DNA of 64,000 nt from Bugula neritina (Eukaryota > Animalia > Bryozoa). Under the pieces are notes generated by a model. That model did not search any database. It had not been told where the DNA came from and saw only the letters and a list, made by a program, of their open reading frames with translations. A program made the translations under genes and the position numbers. The stretch covers positions 33,036,773-33,100,772 of the forward strand of contig OZ037766.1 of the NCBI GenBank assembly GCA_964035545.1. Direction: 5' to 3'. Of the stretch, positions 52,470 to 64,000 are shown one piece after another (the stretch's first letter is position 1; the number at the start of each line of letters is the position of its first letter).

Positions 52470-55400
52470 CTAGCTACAGAGGTCATTGGCAGAGTTGTAT
52501 CTCAGTGTTTTATCAGCACATGTAGAGAACAGTAGAAAGTGTATTCTCTCTCCTCTGGTATTTGGTCTAGCTTCAACAGTCCTGGAAAATATACACAGTA
52601 AATGCTTATATAGCAAACTATACTATATACTAACAGTGACAACTAAAATCTAATATTATACATTCTCGCAGAATTGTATTACTTTATTTTTTTAACTTAA
52701 TTGTGTATTTTACTATAAAATTATTAGCTGTTCAACAAAACTATAGAGAAAAACATTACCTGTGTAACTTCATAAATGGACACTTTAAGAAACAGGCAAC
52801 TCACCTATTTCTGGGTGCCTGAAACTTAACATTTGAGTATTCTGTCTCGTGACCAACCAGTCTCTCTCAGTTCATCTCTTAGTTTATCAGGAACTTCCTT
52901 AGTGGCTACAGAGAAGGTCTTGTCAGTTGGCCAATAGACTGTCAGTTCATTATTCTTACACGTATACCAAGTTTCTATCTCAGAAGACATGTTGCATTCT
53001 AAATAAAATACAAAAATATTCTATTTTAAATGCTGATGACATTATTTTTGTTTCTTTACAAATAATAATACAACAACAATAAAGTTACCATGAGCACAGA
53101 TTGTTTGAAGGTGTCTCTTTTGCTGAGATATGGAAGGTATCAGGAACTCTCTGTTGTATGCATTCTTCACAAGCTGACAAAAAACATCATATCTACTCAC
53201 AAACATCAGTCTCCTTACTATCGGTGACTCTGTATGTAAATATAAATAAAACACAGGATATAATGTGATCTTTGTTTATAATGCAAATAGGAAGTATTTT
53301 ACTTTAATTTGAATGACCATGCATGACCATATACAGCATAATCAAAATCCCAAGTATATAACAGCATGAACTTATATAGTTAAAACTAATAATATGCTAA
53401 TAAATATATTAACATTGTACCACATGATTACTCAATTCTTCATCTTAGCAGAAGTTCTATAATGATGACCTTTATTTGGGTTTTTCTCAGATATGTTTGT
53501 TGAATTGACCAAATAGGTAAAGTAAATTAAGCTATAAAGTTGAGGAAAATACATTTTCATTTAAGTTTATTAAAATCATGACTTACTCAAAACATTGATG
53601 TCGTAGACAGAACACTGTATAAAGAACTTGTGACTTCCTTCAGAAAGATATGCTGTGGAGGAACATCCTGGTAAAGTGTAGTTAGTCTTACTCTGTCCTG
53701 GATCCAAGTATACGGTCACATTATGTGGCCCGCAGATACCCGAACCTGTATGTTGAAAATAATTTCCTGACTATAGTTCTAATGTGACATAATTTGCAAA
53801 CATTTAGATGTAGCTGTGATTGATTATAAAATGATTTAGTATGTATTCTATTTATAAGTATATGTATTCTATGTATATGTATTCTATGTATACGTATTCT
53901 ATATATGTATATTTAGTCTATGTATATGTCTTCTATATTCTCACCACTCAACTTGTAGATACCTTTACTCCCCATACCAACATACACATCCTCTCCTACT
54001 TTCAGTATAGACACTGGATTGTCTGGTAATTGAGAGCTGATTGTACAGGAAGTCTCTTCATCAAAACACACAGGACCTACTTGTTTACTATTCAAATCTA
54101 ATAGTCTGAGTACCTTATTATGATAATCAGCAACAAGATACATGTTGTACCCAACTCTTGTTATTCCTGAAGGATAATAAAACCTCGATGTATTGAAACT
54201 TCCATCAATATAACCATGAGATAATGAACCTGCTAGTTTAATGTTTATAACAGATCCATCGTCACCCCAACTGACCTGAGATATATAATTAGTATTAATC
54301 ACTAGTAACTTGTTGTCAGCCCAAACTACATACTTAGGCTGTCTGAAACCTGAGTTAATAACAGTACTCAGTTCTCCTGTATGAAGGTCTACAGATCTCA
54401 GTGCATGGTTATTGTTATCAGTAACTAACAACCTGTCTGGGCTTCTAACATCTATCTCAATACCATGAGGGTAATACAGTCTACCAGTACCTACTCCACC
54501 CTCAACATACCCTCTACTACCACATGTCCCTGCTAAGGTACGTAAGCTGTTATCTACTCTGTTTAACATCTTAATACAATGCTGGGAAGAACCTGCTACA
54601 GCTACATGAGTTTTATTCACTTGTTTAAACCCTGCAATATAACTTGACAGAATAGTTGCTAGAGTTGTAGGAGTTGTCCCATCTGTAGTTAGAAGGTATT
54701 TCCAGGTACTAAACATGATACTCCCATCATCTCTGTACAGGTCCAGCTCCATGTGGAGAATGATCTTATCTGTGTTAAGGAATAGTTCTGGTTTGTTGAA
54801 TGAAACACTAAAAGTAAGTTAAACTGGTTCAACCATTTCTGAGTAGGAATGTTTTATTTTTGACTAAAATTTATTCAAACAAAATATAATATAAAGTGTT
54901 GTTATTCAAGATCACTCAATACCCTAATTTGCACTAAATGTGTGTATCAAGTGTGTCAATTAGTCTGATTATTATCTTAGTGTTTTATAAAAGAATTACG
55001 ACCTTCTTTGTCTAACTTAAACTTTATGCTTTGCTTCATTTCCAGCCAAAAATGTTATAACATCCAAAAATATATATAAATTTACTTCTATTTAAATTTA
55101 TACTATCTAAATTGCTTTGCTTATAGTGCATGTTTATAAATTTAAGCATTTAAAAATGTGTTACATTAAAACTGTAATCATACGCAGTAAATTTAAGTCA
55201 ATAAACTTGGGCTCAGGAGTTGACTGTAGAAGAAACAGGGATGGAAGGGAAAGAGATGGGGGGGGGGGAGATAGAGGTTAACAAAGTTGAAAAATCACAG
55301 AGCAAACAAAAGGTGACTTTACCTTGAGGTCTGACAATCCATCAGTTTGAGTAGTGCTACTAGAATCTACAATATAAAGTGATGTGATCTGATCACAAAT

Positions 55401-56753
55401 AAATGTCTGCTTCACTTTTGTACACAGCAAGATACTGCAGGGAGCAATTACTCCACTGCTTTCTCAATAAAATATTTCATTATATTGTGTAACAATTATT
55501 TCTTCTAAATCTAATAACAGACACTTATAGTAGCCATAACAGGTGTATAATTATGTGATGTAATAATTAGTTATAATAATTAGTTATAATAATTAGTCAT
55601 ATATACTATAAATAAATACTTACAATCAATCCAGAGTAAGATGCCATTCTCATCTTCTGTTACTCTGTAGTCAACAAATATAAGATCCGTTTTACTTACT
55701 TCTGTGTGAAGCAGTTGGAGTTATATAAATCAGTATAAAATATCACTGACCCTTAGGGGAAAGGCAAGCTACTAGTACAGTGTGAGTACTAAGTTCAACT
55801 GCCACTTCTTATATATGAGATCCAAATCAGAACCACATGCAATAGTATCTATTATAGCTGACCAAGTATATCTGTTTTCCTGTGCATTTACAAATACTTA
55901 TATTCAATATTCAACAGGAATTGCCCTGCAAAATTCTTCAATAGCTTTTCCAACTAGAAAGAAATGTTATTAATACACAAAATTCCCATCTTTACTAATC
56001 TCATCACACAATGGTTATCCAACTCACAAGATATGTGGGGTAAACAAGGCACATGCAAGTATGTCTTTTAGCAGCTGCTGTTATTGTACGTGAGAGGTTT
56101 GTTGAGCTGTGAGGGGCAGACAACTTTAAATTAGAAATCTCACTTTAGAAATAATGTGTTTATTACTGGATTATATTATTTGTGTGTTGAACAACTGCAA
56201 CAGAAGTACCAAAAGTAACAATAATATTTCTGTATCATTTATTATGAAACTACATAATACAATGTAAACTACACAGTATATTGTATAGTGTGTATACATA
56301 TTATTATATAATACAATGTAAACTACACAGTATATTGTATAGTGTGTATACATATTATTATATAATACAATGTGAACTACATAGTATATTGTATAGTGTG
56401 TATACATATTACTATATAACACAGTGTAAACTACACAGTATATTGTATAGTGTGTATACATATTATTATATAACACAATGTAAACTACACAGTATATTGT
56501 ATAGTGTGTATATATTATTATATAATACAGTGTAAACTACACAGTATATTGTATAGTGTGTATACATATTATTATATAACGTAGTGTAAACTACACAGTA
56601 TATTGTATAGTGTATATACATAGTTTATTCATAAATTTAATATAAAGAATATATACTATAGGCTACTATATATAATATTTTAATATAGTATGAATAATAT
56701 CTCATGGTATGTATTCAGATACTCACAATAAAGTACAAATACTGTCCCATCAT
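52470..56753 (-). CDS. Secreted NHL-like beta-propeller protein, copy 1 (2-nt frameshift near the 3' end)
   Basis: Exon 1 is either 56753-56727 (MMGQYLYFI) or 55653-55624 (MRMASYSGLI). Then 55366-55323 (ILVALLKLMDCQTS, rest of signal peptide), 54807-53945 (NHL-like motifs LAGTCG..G.VEG, LYYPHGI..LLVTDNNNHALRSVD, FYYPSGI..YLVADYHNKVLRLLD), 53745-53587, 53229-53089, 52998-52805, 52581-52470. As read, a premature TAA falls at 52828-52826. Confidence 0.75.
56250..56622. repeat. ~55-nt minisatellite (also at 62410-62700)
   Basis: tgtaaactacacagtatattgtatagtgtgtatacatattattatataa units in both duplicate copies. Confidence 0.9.
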
Positions 56754-59146
56754 CTCCTTCTGTTATTATGTAATACTGTTTTTATTCCTGCTACTCTTAC
56801 TCAATATACTGAAATAAAGTTTATACTTCCTATATACTTCTCATATGTGTGATATGTTTATATAGAAACCAGTCACATGACAATTGATCAACTCAATACA
56901 TGATAAACAGAGCAGATATTTACAGAACCAGAGATATTAGGAGCAGGAAACAGAGTCCTGGATACAAATGTGTTTTAGTTGGGTGTCTGACATGCTGTCT
57001 GGCGGTATGTCAGCATGTTAGTATGTTAGTATGTTAGTATGTTAGTATGTCAGTATGTCAGTATGTCAGCATGTCAGCATGTTAGTATCTTGTGTGTTTA
57101 TCATATTGTGACTTTTAAAGTAAGATTTGCAAGCAAATATTTATATAATTTTAAACTTATATATTTATTTTATATAATCAGAAGCTGACCAAAGGTTTGC
57201 TGACAGTAAACCTAGACCTGAGAAGACATGGACTAAGCTACAACATCTGGTACTGAGTATGTTATGTAGAAAGTAGGGAAGGAATTTGTGTTGTGATTGA
57301 ATTACGTACGCTGATTGAAGACAGACTCTGTGTCAGATTTCTAGTTATGGTGAAACACATCACCTGATAATAAACTTATGTTGACCTTGACATGTGAAAG
57401 ATAGAGTATAGAGGACTTACTCATATAATATAATCTGTATTCAGGAGGCATATAATTTATCTAGTAGTGAATTTAGTGCAGATGTACTGGCATATATAAC
57501 ATACAGTGTATAGTATACATCCACAGAATATTAACTATTGTAACAATGTTAAAATGCAGAGATGTAACTTGTTAATATTATCCCCAGGAATGATTGTTGA
57601 TAACTTAATTAAATCAGAGCACCTGGATTATCACTGTATTTATACATGTTTAGTTTATTAAGGTAAAGGTGTCAAATATTTATTCAATCATGTGCAGGTA
57701 TAAATAATTTGATTCAATTTGACTCCAAAATGTTCCAATAATTATCAGAATTTATCACAGCTGAGACTTGTTAGACTACCATGTTGCAATAACTTGGTAA
57801 ATAAATATACTGTGTATGACAGCTACAATATGTTATTCAATGTTCTTTAGCTATTAGTTCCTATATATAGTCATTTATGTATACAAGATGGCTGTGTGTA
57901 TATTATATGATGTAATGTATACAACATGGCTGTGTGTATATTATATGATGTAATGTAATTTGATGTGAGAATAAAGTTTCTGATAGATCAAAGGATAAGA
58001 TAAATATTTTCTACTTTATCAGAAATATCCCCGTTTTAAACAGGATTCATGTCATGTGACAGACAGAGCTTGTGTTCTATCATCTTATTAAAGACAGGCA
58101 TAGCCTGTGTTCTATCATCTTATTAAAGAAAAATACAATAGCAGCTGTAGGCATCATTTCTATGTCATTAGAACACAGTTTATATCTGTGACTCCCAAAT
58201 GTTTATAGTGCAATGTTTTTATGTATAAACTTTAATACTGCTTGTTTATTTTATTGAAAACTCAAATTTCAACTCTTAAATATTTAACAGAAAGATGTCA
58301 TGCCAGATGCTTCTCTGTTTACTGCAGTGTCACTCAAAACAGTTTGATTTCCAGCCCCCCTCCCCCTTTACTACTACAAAGTATATCAATATTATGTAAC
58401 TCTACTATCTGTAATTGCCTGTGGATGTAGTATATTTAATTCAGTTTTAGTTTGTTAGAAAGTAATACTTTCTTAAACTAATCAGATATTGATATTTTAT
58501 AACTAGTCAGTATCATTAAGATATAAACTGAAACAAAGAAGTAGTTCAACAGGAAACTAGTGGAGTATTTTTAACACTGACATTCAGCAAAGGCAATTTA
58601 TTCATGATGGTAGTATCATGGGTATACAAACCAATGTTATTCTTTGACTCTTTATTGATTATCATATCAAAAACAAGTTCTGTGAAAAGCTACTATAGTA
58701 TTATACTAAGTCATAATATTCTAATTATATAGTAAACAATACAATATTTTTACAATAGTATAATTTGTTGTTAAAGCTAATTAAGTATGAAAACAAGCCT
58801 TCAATTTGAGTTATTTACATCGTCTACTTTCTCACATGCAGAGTAACTCACTTGAAATATTTACCGAGAATTGCAAAAAAAAGGAAAATAAGGTGAGTTT
58901 GATCTCGTTAAGGTATGCATTGTAATTTTGTTAGTATACATGCAGCTGCTAAAATGAACTCATACAATAGTAAAATATTTGGCAGAAAGCTTAGGGCTAT
59001 TTATTAAATGATTTAGTTTGTTTTTTATTTTAATCTTTTGCTGAATATATGTCAGCCATGTTAAACTGATGTCTCCAGTGAAAGTTAGTGACAGAGGTCA
59101 TTGGCAGAGTTGTATCTAGCTAAGGAGGTCATTGGCAGAGTTGTAT

Positions 59147-62100
59147 CTAGCTACAGAGGTCATTGGCAGAGTTGTATCTCAGTGTTTTATCAGCACATGT
59201 AGAGAACAGTAGAAAGCGTATTCTCTCTCCTCTGGTATTTGGTCTAGCTTCAACAGTCCTGGAAAATGTACACAGTAAAGGCTATAGCAAGCTGTACTAT
59301 ATATAGAAACAGTGACAACTCAAATCTAATACTTACATTCTTGCAGAATTTTATTACCTTATTTTTGTAACTTGATTGTGTATTTTATTATAAAATTATT
59401 AGCTGTTCAACAAAACTATAGAGAAAAACATTACCTGTGTAACTTCATAAAAGGAGACTTTAGGAAACAGGCAACTCACCTATTTCTGGGTGCCTGAAAC
59501 TTAACATTTGAGTATTCTGTCTCGTGACCAACCAGTCTCTCTCTCAGTTCATCTCTTAGTTTATCAGGAACTTCCTTAGTGACTACAGAGAAGGTCTTGT
59601 CAGTTGGCCAATAGACTGTCAGCTCATTATTCTTACACCTATACCAAGTTTCTATCTCAGCAGACATGTTGCAGTCTATAAACAAAATACAAAGATATTC
59701 TATTTTAAATGCTGATGACATTATTTTTGTTTATTTACAAACAATAATACAACAACAATAAATCTACCATGAGCACAGATTGTTTGAAGGTGACTCTTTT
59801 GCTGAGATATGGAAGGTATCAGGAACTCTCTGTTAAATGCATTCTTTACAAGCTGACAAGAAACATCATATCTACTCACAAACATCAGTCTCCTTACTAT
59901 CGGCGACTCTGTATGTAAATATAAATAAACATTGGATATAATGTGATCTTTGTTTATAACACAAATAGGAAGTATTCTACTCTACTTTGAATGACAATGC
60001 ATGACCATATACAGCATAATCAAAATCCCAAGTATATAACAGCATGAACTTGTATAATTAAAACTTATAATATGCTAATAAATGTATTAACATTGTACCA
60101 CATGATTACTCAATTCTTCATCTTAGCAGAAGTTCTATTATGCTGACCTTTATTTGGTTTCTCCTCAAATATATTTGTTGAATTGACCAAATAGGTAAAG
60201 TAAATTAAGCTATATAAAGTTGAGGAAAATACATTTTCATTTAAGTTTATTAAAATTAAAAAGTCATGACATACTCAAAACATTGATGTTGTAGACAGAA
60301 CACTGTATAAAGAACTTGTAACTTCCTTCAGAAAGATATGCTGTGGCATAGGAACATCCTGGTAAGGCGTATGTGGTTGTACTCTGTCCTGGATCCAAGT
60401 ATACAGTCACATTATGTGGCCCACAGATATCTAAACCTGTTTGTTGAAAATAATTTCCTGACTATAATAAACTTACTTAGAAGTTGACATAGATAATATT
60501 CATAAATTGGTCTTTGGATAAACTTAGTTAGCAGATACAGTGTGTTCTCATGCAAATATTTACAATACAGTAGCTAAGTTCTAATGTGACATAATTTACA
60601 GACATTTAGATGTAGCTGTGATTGATTTTGAAATGATTATTAGTATGTATTCTATGTATACGTATTCTATGTATATGTTTTCTATGTACTTACCACTCAA
60701 CTTGTAGATACCTTTACTCCACATACCAACATACACATCCTCTCCTACTTTCAGTAGAGACACTGGATTGTCTGGTAATTGAAAGCTGATTGTACAGGAA
60801 GTCTCTTCATCAAAACACACAGGACCTACTTGTTTAATATTCAAATCTAACAGTCTGAGTACCTTATTATGATCAGCAACAAGATACATGTTGTACCCAA
60901 CTCTTGTTATTCCTCTAGGCCAGAAAAACCTGGATGTATTGAAACTTCCATCAACATAACCAGGAGATACTGAACCTGCTAGTTTAATGTTTGTAACAGA
61001 TCCATCGGCACCCCAACTGACCTGGGATATGTAATGGCTATTACTCACTAGTAACTTGTTGTCAGCCCAAACTATATTCCTAGGATATCTGAAACCTGAG
61101 TTAATAACAGTACTCAGTTCTCCTGTGTGAAGGTCTACAGATCTCAATGCATGATTAAATTCATCAGTAACTAACAACCTGTCTGGGTTTCTAACATCTA
61201 TCTCAATACTATCAGGTTTATTTAGTCTACCGGTACCTACTCCACCCTCAACATACCCTGTACTACCACATGTCCCTGCTAAAGTACGTAAGCTGTTATC
61301 TACTCTGTTTAACATTTTAATACAATGCTGGGAATAATATACTACAGCTACATGAGTTTTATTCACTTGTTTGAACCCTGCAAAAAAAATTGACTGAATA
61401 GTTGCTAGAGTTGTAGGAGTTGTCCCATTTGTAGTTTGAAGGTATTTCCAGGTTCTAAACATAATACTCCCATCATCTCTGTACAGGTCCAACTCCATGT
61501 GGTAAATAGGCTTTTCAGTGTTAAGGAATAGTTCTGGTTTGTTGAATGAAACACTGAAAGTAATTTAAACTGGTTAAACCATTACTGAGTGGGAAATTTA
61601 ATTTTTGACTAAAATTCATTCAAACAAAATATAATATACTGTATTGTTTATTCAAGATCACTTTATACCTTAATTTGCAATAAATGTATTTTCTGCCATA
61701 TATTCTACTCATTACGTTATAGAAGATTATTCTCTTAGTGTTTTATAAAAGAATTACGGCCTTCTTCATTTAATTATGTTTTATGCTTTATGCTTCATTT
61801 TCAGCCAAAAATGTTTTAGAATCCAAACTGGCAAAAATATAAATAAATTTGCTTATTCTATAAAAAATTTATAATCTCTAAATTGCTTTGCTTATAGTGC
61901 ATGTTTATAAATTTAAGCGCTTAAAAGTGTGTTACATTAAAACTGTAATCAACTGTAGATCAACTGAAAATTTAAGTCAATAAACTTGGGGTCAGAGGTC
62001 GATTGTAGAATAACAGGGGTGGAAGGGAAGGAGATGGGTGGAGGGAGATGGAGTTTGACAAAGTTGAGTAATCACAGAGCAAACAAAAAGTGACTTTACC

Positions 62101-62875
62101 TTGAGGTGTGACAATCCATCAGTTTAAAGAGTGCTACTAGAATCTACAATATAAAGTGATGTCATCTGATCCCAAATAAATGTTTACTTCACTTTTGTAC
62201 ACAGCAAGATACAGGAAGTAAGGACTCCACTGCTTTCTCAACAAAATATTTCATTATATTGTGTAACAATTATTTCTTCTAAATCTAATAACAGACACTT
62301 ATAGTAGTCATAACATGTATAATTATGTGATGTAATAATTAGTTATAATAATCAGTTATATATACTATAAATAAATACTTACAATCAATCTAACGCTCTT
62401 TTATAATAATATAGTGTGTATATATATTATTACCTATATAACACAGTGTAAACTACACAGTATATTGTATAGTGTGTATATATATTATTATATGACACAA
62501 TGTGAACTACATAGTATATTGTATAGTGTGTATACATATTATTATATAATACAGTGTAAACTACATAGTATATTGTATAGTGTGTATACATATTATTATA
62601 TAACACAATGTAAACTACATAGTATATTGTATAGTGTGTATACATATTATTATATAACACAATGTAAACTACATAGTATATTGTATAGTGTGTATACATA
62701 GTTTATTCATAAATTTAATATAAAGAATATATACTATAGGCTACTATATATAATATCTTAATAGAATCTAAAATACTGATAGGTATAAATTACCTTCTAC
62801 CTAAATATAGTATGAATAATATCTCATGGTATGTATTCAGATACTCACAATAATGTACAAATACTGTCCCATCAT
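59147..62875 (-). CDS. Secreted NHL-like beta-propeller protein, copy 2 (intact reading frame)
   Basis: Exons: 62875-62849 (MMGQYLYII), 62143-62100, 61553-60694, 60436-60275, 59908-59768, 59675-59480, 59258-59147 (..RYNSANDLCS*). Phases are consistent throughout. Confidence 0.78.
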
Positions 62876-64000
62876 CTCCTTCTGTTATTATGTAATACTA
62901 TTGTTATTCCTGCTACTCTTACTCAATATACTGAAATAAAGTTTATACTTCTTATATATACTTCTCATATGTGTGATATGTTTATATAGAAACCAGTCAC
63001 ATGACAATTGATAAACTCAAGACATGATAAACAGAGCAGATATTTACAGAAACAGATATTAGGAGCAGGAAACAGAGTCCTGGATACAAATGTGTTTTAG
63101 TTGGGTGTCTGACATGCTGTCTGGCAGTGTGTTAGTATGTCAGCATGTTAGTATGTTAGTATGTTAGTATGTTAGTATGTCAGTATGTCAGTATGTCAGC
63201 ATGTCAGCATGTTAGTATCTTGTGTGTTTATCATATTGTGACTTTTAAAGTAAGATTTGCAAGCAAATATTTATATAATTTTAAACTTATATATTTATTT
63301 TATATAATCAGAAGCTGACCAAAGGTTTGCTGACAGTAAACCTAGACCTGAGAAGACATGGACTAAGCTACAACATCTGGTACTGAGTATGTTATGTAGA
63401 AAGTAGGGAAGGAATTTGTGTTGTGATTGAATTACGTACGCTGATTGAAGACAGACTCTGTGTCAGATTTCTAGTTATGGTGAAACACATCACCTGATAA
63501 TAAACTTATGTTGACCTTGACATGTGAAAGATAGAGTATAGAGGACTTACTCATATAATATAATCTGTATTCAGGAGGCATATAATTTATCTAGTAGTGA
63601 ATTTAGTGCAGATGTACTGGCATATATAACATACAGTGTATAGTATACATCCACAGAATATTAACTATTGTAACAATGTTAAAATGCAGAGTTGTAACTT
63701 GTTAATATTATCCCCAGGAATGATTGTTGATAACTTAATTAAATCAGAGCACCTGGATTATCACTGTATTTATACATGTTTAGTTTATTAAGGTAAAGGT
63801 GTCAAATATTTATTCAATCATGTGCAGGTATAAATAATTTGATTCAATTTAACTCCAAAATGTTCCAATCTATCACAGAATCTATCAAAGCTGAGACTTG
63901 AAAGACTACCATGTTGCAATAACTTGGTAAATAAATATTCTGTGTATAACAGCTACAATGTGTTATTTAATGTTCTTTAGCTACTTGTTCTTATATAGTC

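Larger units (their letters stand above)
52375..64000. repeat. Tandem segmental duplication (~52375-57870 vs ~59091-64000+)
   Basis: Colinear, near-identical exons, introns and upstream DNA. The offset is about 6.7 kb over the gene body and about 6.1 kb upstream. Confidence 0.92.

Noticed and set aside
59147-62390. Copy 2 NHL gene as a 5'-truncated pseudogene
   Set aside because: The distal ATG exon at 62875-62849 is retained and in phase, and all downstream exons are open.

Overview
AT-rich, intron-containing animal (invertebrate) genomic DNA with GT-AG introns packed with locus-specific minisatellites. The window has three parts. (1) 1-25314 (+): most of a MAP4K4/TNIK/MINK1 (misshapen, GCK-IV) kinase gene, from kinase subdomain V to the CNH-domain stop codon. 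It has several candidate cassette exons and a candidate internal first exon. (2) 27655-48045: three paralogous type II membrane-anchored, furin-cleavable collagen genes (signal anchor, coiled coil, RxKR, CxC, a giant single Gly-X-Y exon, short tail). Two of them are head-to-head and have identical 1116-nt helix exons. (3) 52375-64000: a ~6.7-kb tandem duplication of a minus-strand gene for a secreted NHL-like beta-propeller protein. The two copies differ mainly in predicted top-face loops, while upstream non-coding DNA is almost identical. A recurring pattern is that tandem repeats start at, and often copy, splice donors, splice acceptors and stop codons. All exon models were read by eye and need transcript confirmation. 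Most long ORFs in the supplied track are repeat or antisense-collagen artefacts.
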